Origin: Malassezia furfur
Taxonomy: Eukaryota
NCBI GenBank assembly: GCA_052055015.1
Contig: JBQJIT010000004.1
Strand: one strand, 5' to 3'
Length of the DNA: 64,000 nt
Part shown: piece by piece, positions 62,959 to 64,000 of the stretch
Numbering within the stretch: the first letter of the stretch is position 1
Layout of the letters: the number at the start of each line of letters is the position of its first letter
Notes under the pieces: generated by a model
Told to the model about the DNA's origin: nothing
The model's database searches: none
Seen by the model: only the letters and a program-made list of their open reading frames with translations
Position numbers and translations under genes: made by a program

Positions 62959-64000
62959 ATGTCGCAAATTATGAACCTCGACCCCCTCGTTTCTGAGAAG
63001 TTCAAGGCGGCCGTCGATGCCGGTGATGCCTTCTTCTTCGACTCGACCGTGCACATTACGGGCAACCAGGACAAGAATCTCCCGCCTATTGCTTCGGTGC
63101 CGTGGCAAGTTCGGACGGTACCTGCTCTACTCAAGAAGCCTACAGCTAGCAAAGAGGAGCCGAAGGAAGATCCGAAGGATGAAAAACCGAAGCAAAACCA
63201 GAAGGATGTGTTTGCGCCTCCCTACGTACCGAACCTTCTCGTAAAAGAGTTCACTGATTTTACGGTGCTGCTGAACAAGTATTGCGTGCTTCCCAAGCAC
63301 TTTTTGATGGTGACAAAAGGTGCGCCGCGCGACTCACCCAGACTTTGTCAACCAGGAGCTTCCGCCCTCCCCTGAAATGCTTGCGTCGGTGTATCTCGTA
63401 ATTGACAGGCATCGCGCAGAGCATCCTGAAGCGGAGTTGCTGGGGTTCTTCAACTGCGGAAAAGACAGTGGTGCATCACAGCCGCACTGTCACTTCCAGA
63501 TGGTGGAGCTGGTGCCCGAAGATTCTTCGATGGCTGTGCCGATTGAGAACCTGTTGCAGCACATTGAGCGCGATGGGAAGGAGTACAGTACGTCTGCGGC
63601 TGACATAGGCGATGTTCATTTGCTGCCCGTTCCATGGCAGCATTTTGTCGTGCTGCTTGACCCCCCGGGCGACGAGACGCAGCTCACGACTTACTTGGGC
63701 CACCGCTTCACGCAATTGCTTGACTGCATGTTTGCTGCCGCGCGGGACTTGAGTGATATTGAAAAAACAGGACCGCGTCGTGGACCACCCCAGTTCAATA
63801 TCTTGCTCACCAAGCGAGCGATGCACCTTATTCCGCGGCGCCAGGAGGGCTTTGACCTGCGTACTACTGACTGGGCCCCGTACAAGGGCGGGGAAGCGCC
63901 GGAACATACGGGCACACTCAGCGTGAATGCGCTCGGTACGTCTTCCTTACTGATGCAGGGTACGCGGGTCTCTTTTTGACGAGGCACGAAGCCGAGTTGG
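62959..64000 (+). CDS. APA2: Ap4A phosphorylase (ATP adenylyltransferase), truncated by window end; introns 63320-63341, 63588-63608, 63936-63958
   Basis: PALLKKP, LLNKYCVLPKHFLMVT, FFNCGKDSGASQPHCHFQ, MHLIPRR and spliced LSVNALGYAG. Confidence 0.9.

Noticed and set aside
1..64000. CRISPR arrays, transposons, TGA-CTA readthrough motifs
   Set aside because: I saw no spaced direct repeats, transposase/RT ORFs or terminal repeats, and none of the stop codons I checked is in TGA-CTA context.

Overview
This is very compact, GC-rich fungal nuclear DNA. Gene content, minimal intergenic spacers and tiny GT-AG introns point to a Malassezia-like basidiomycete yeast (inference). I can support about 36 protein-coding genes, mostly housekeeping: CDC25/MIH1, POL5, TIM8, CK1, FMO, WDR83, RNA1, YMR1, ELP3, GID4, GLTP, FBA1, SERCA, ATG11, DHH1, HAT2/MSI1, TTI1, RAD16, FIP1, MPC2, SPC19, RPP1, APA2 and others. 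Many are split in the ORF track because of 43 hand-reconstructed micro-introns of 21-41 nt (mode 23 nt). The main signals beyond the gene list are: (1) the 21-25-nt intron class; (2) CACGTG boxes just upstream of starts, often paired in 60-330-nt bidirectional promoters; (3) an intron-encoded snR56/SNORD25-like C/D snoRNA, plus a second orphan candidate, upstream of GID4; (4) a structured ~950-nt non-coding block with an H/ACA-like hairpin and a hairpin-bridged branch/acceptor; (5) operon-like 41-51-nt tandem spacing and touching or overlapping stop codons; (6) an uncharacterised 1046-aa protein with a basic globular core and an Ig-like domain. I found no mobile elements, CRISPR arrays, rRNA or tRNA genes. 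All calls come from reading the sequence by eye, with no database searches.
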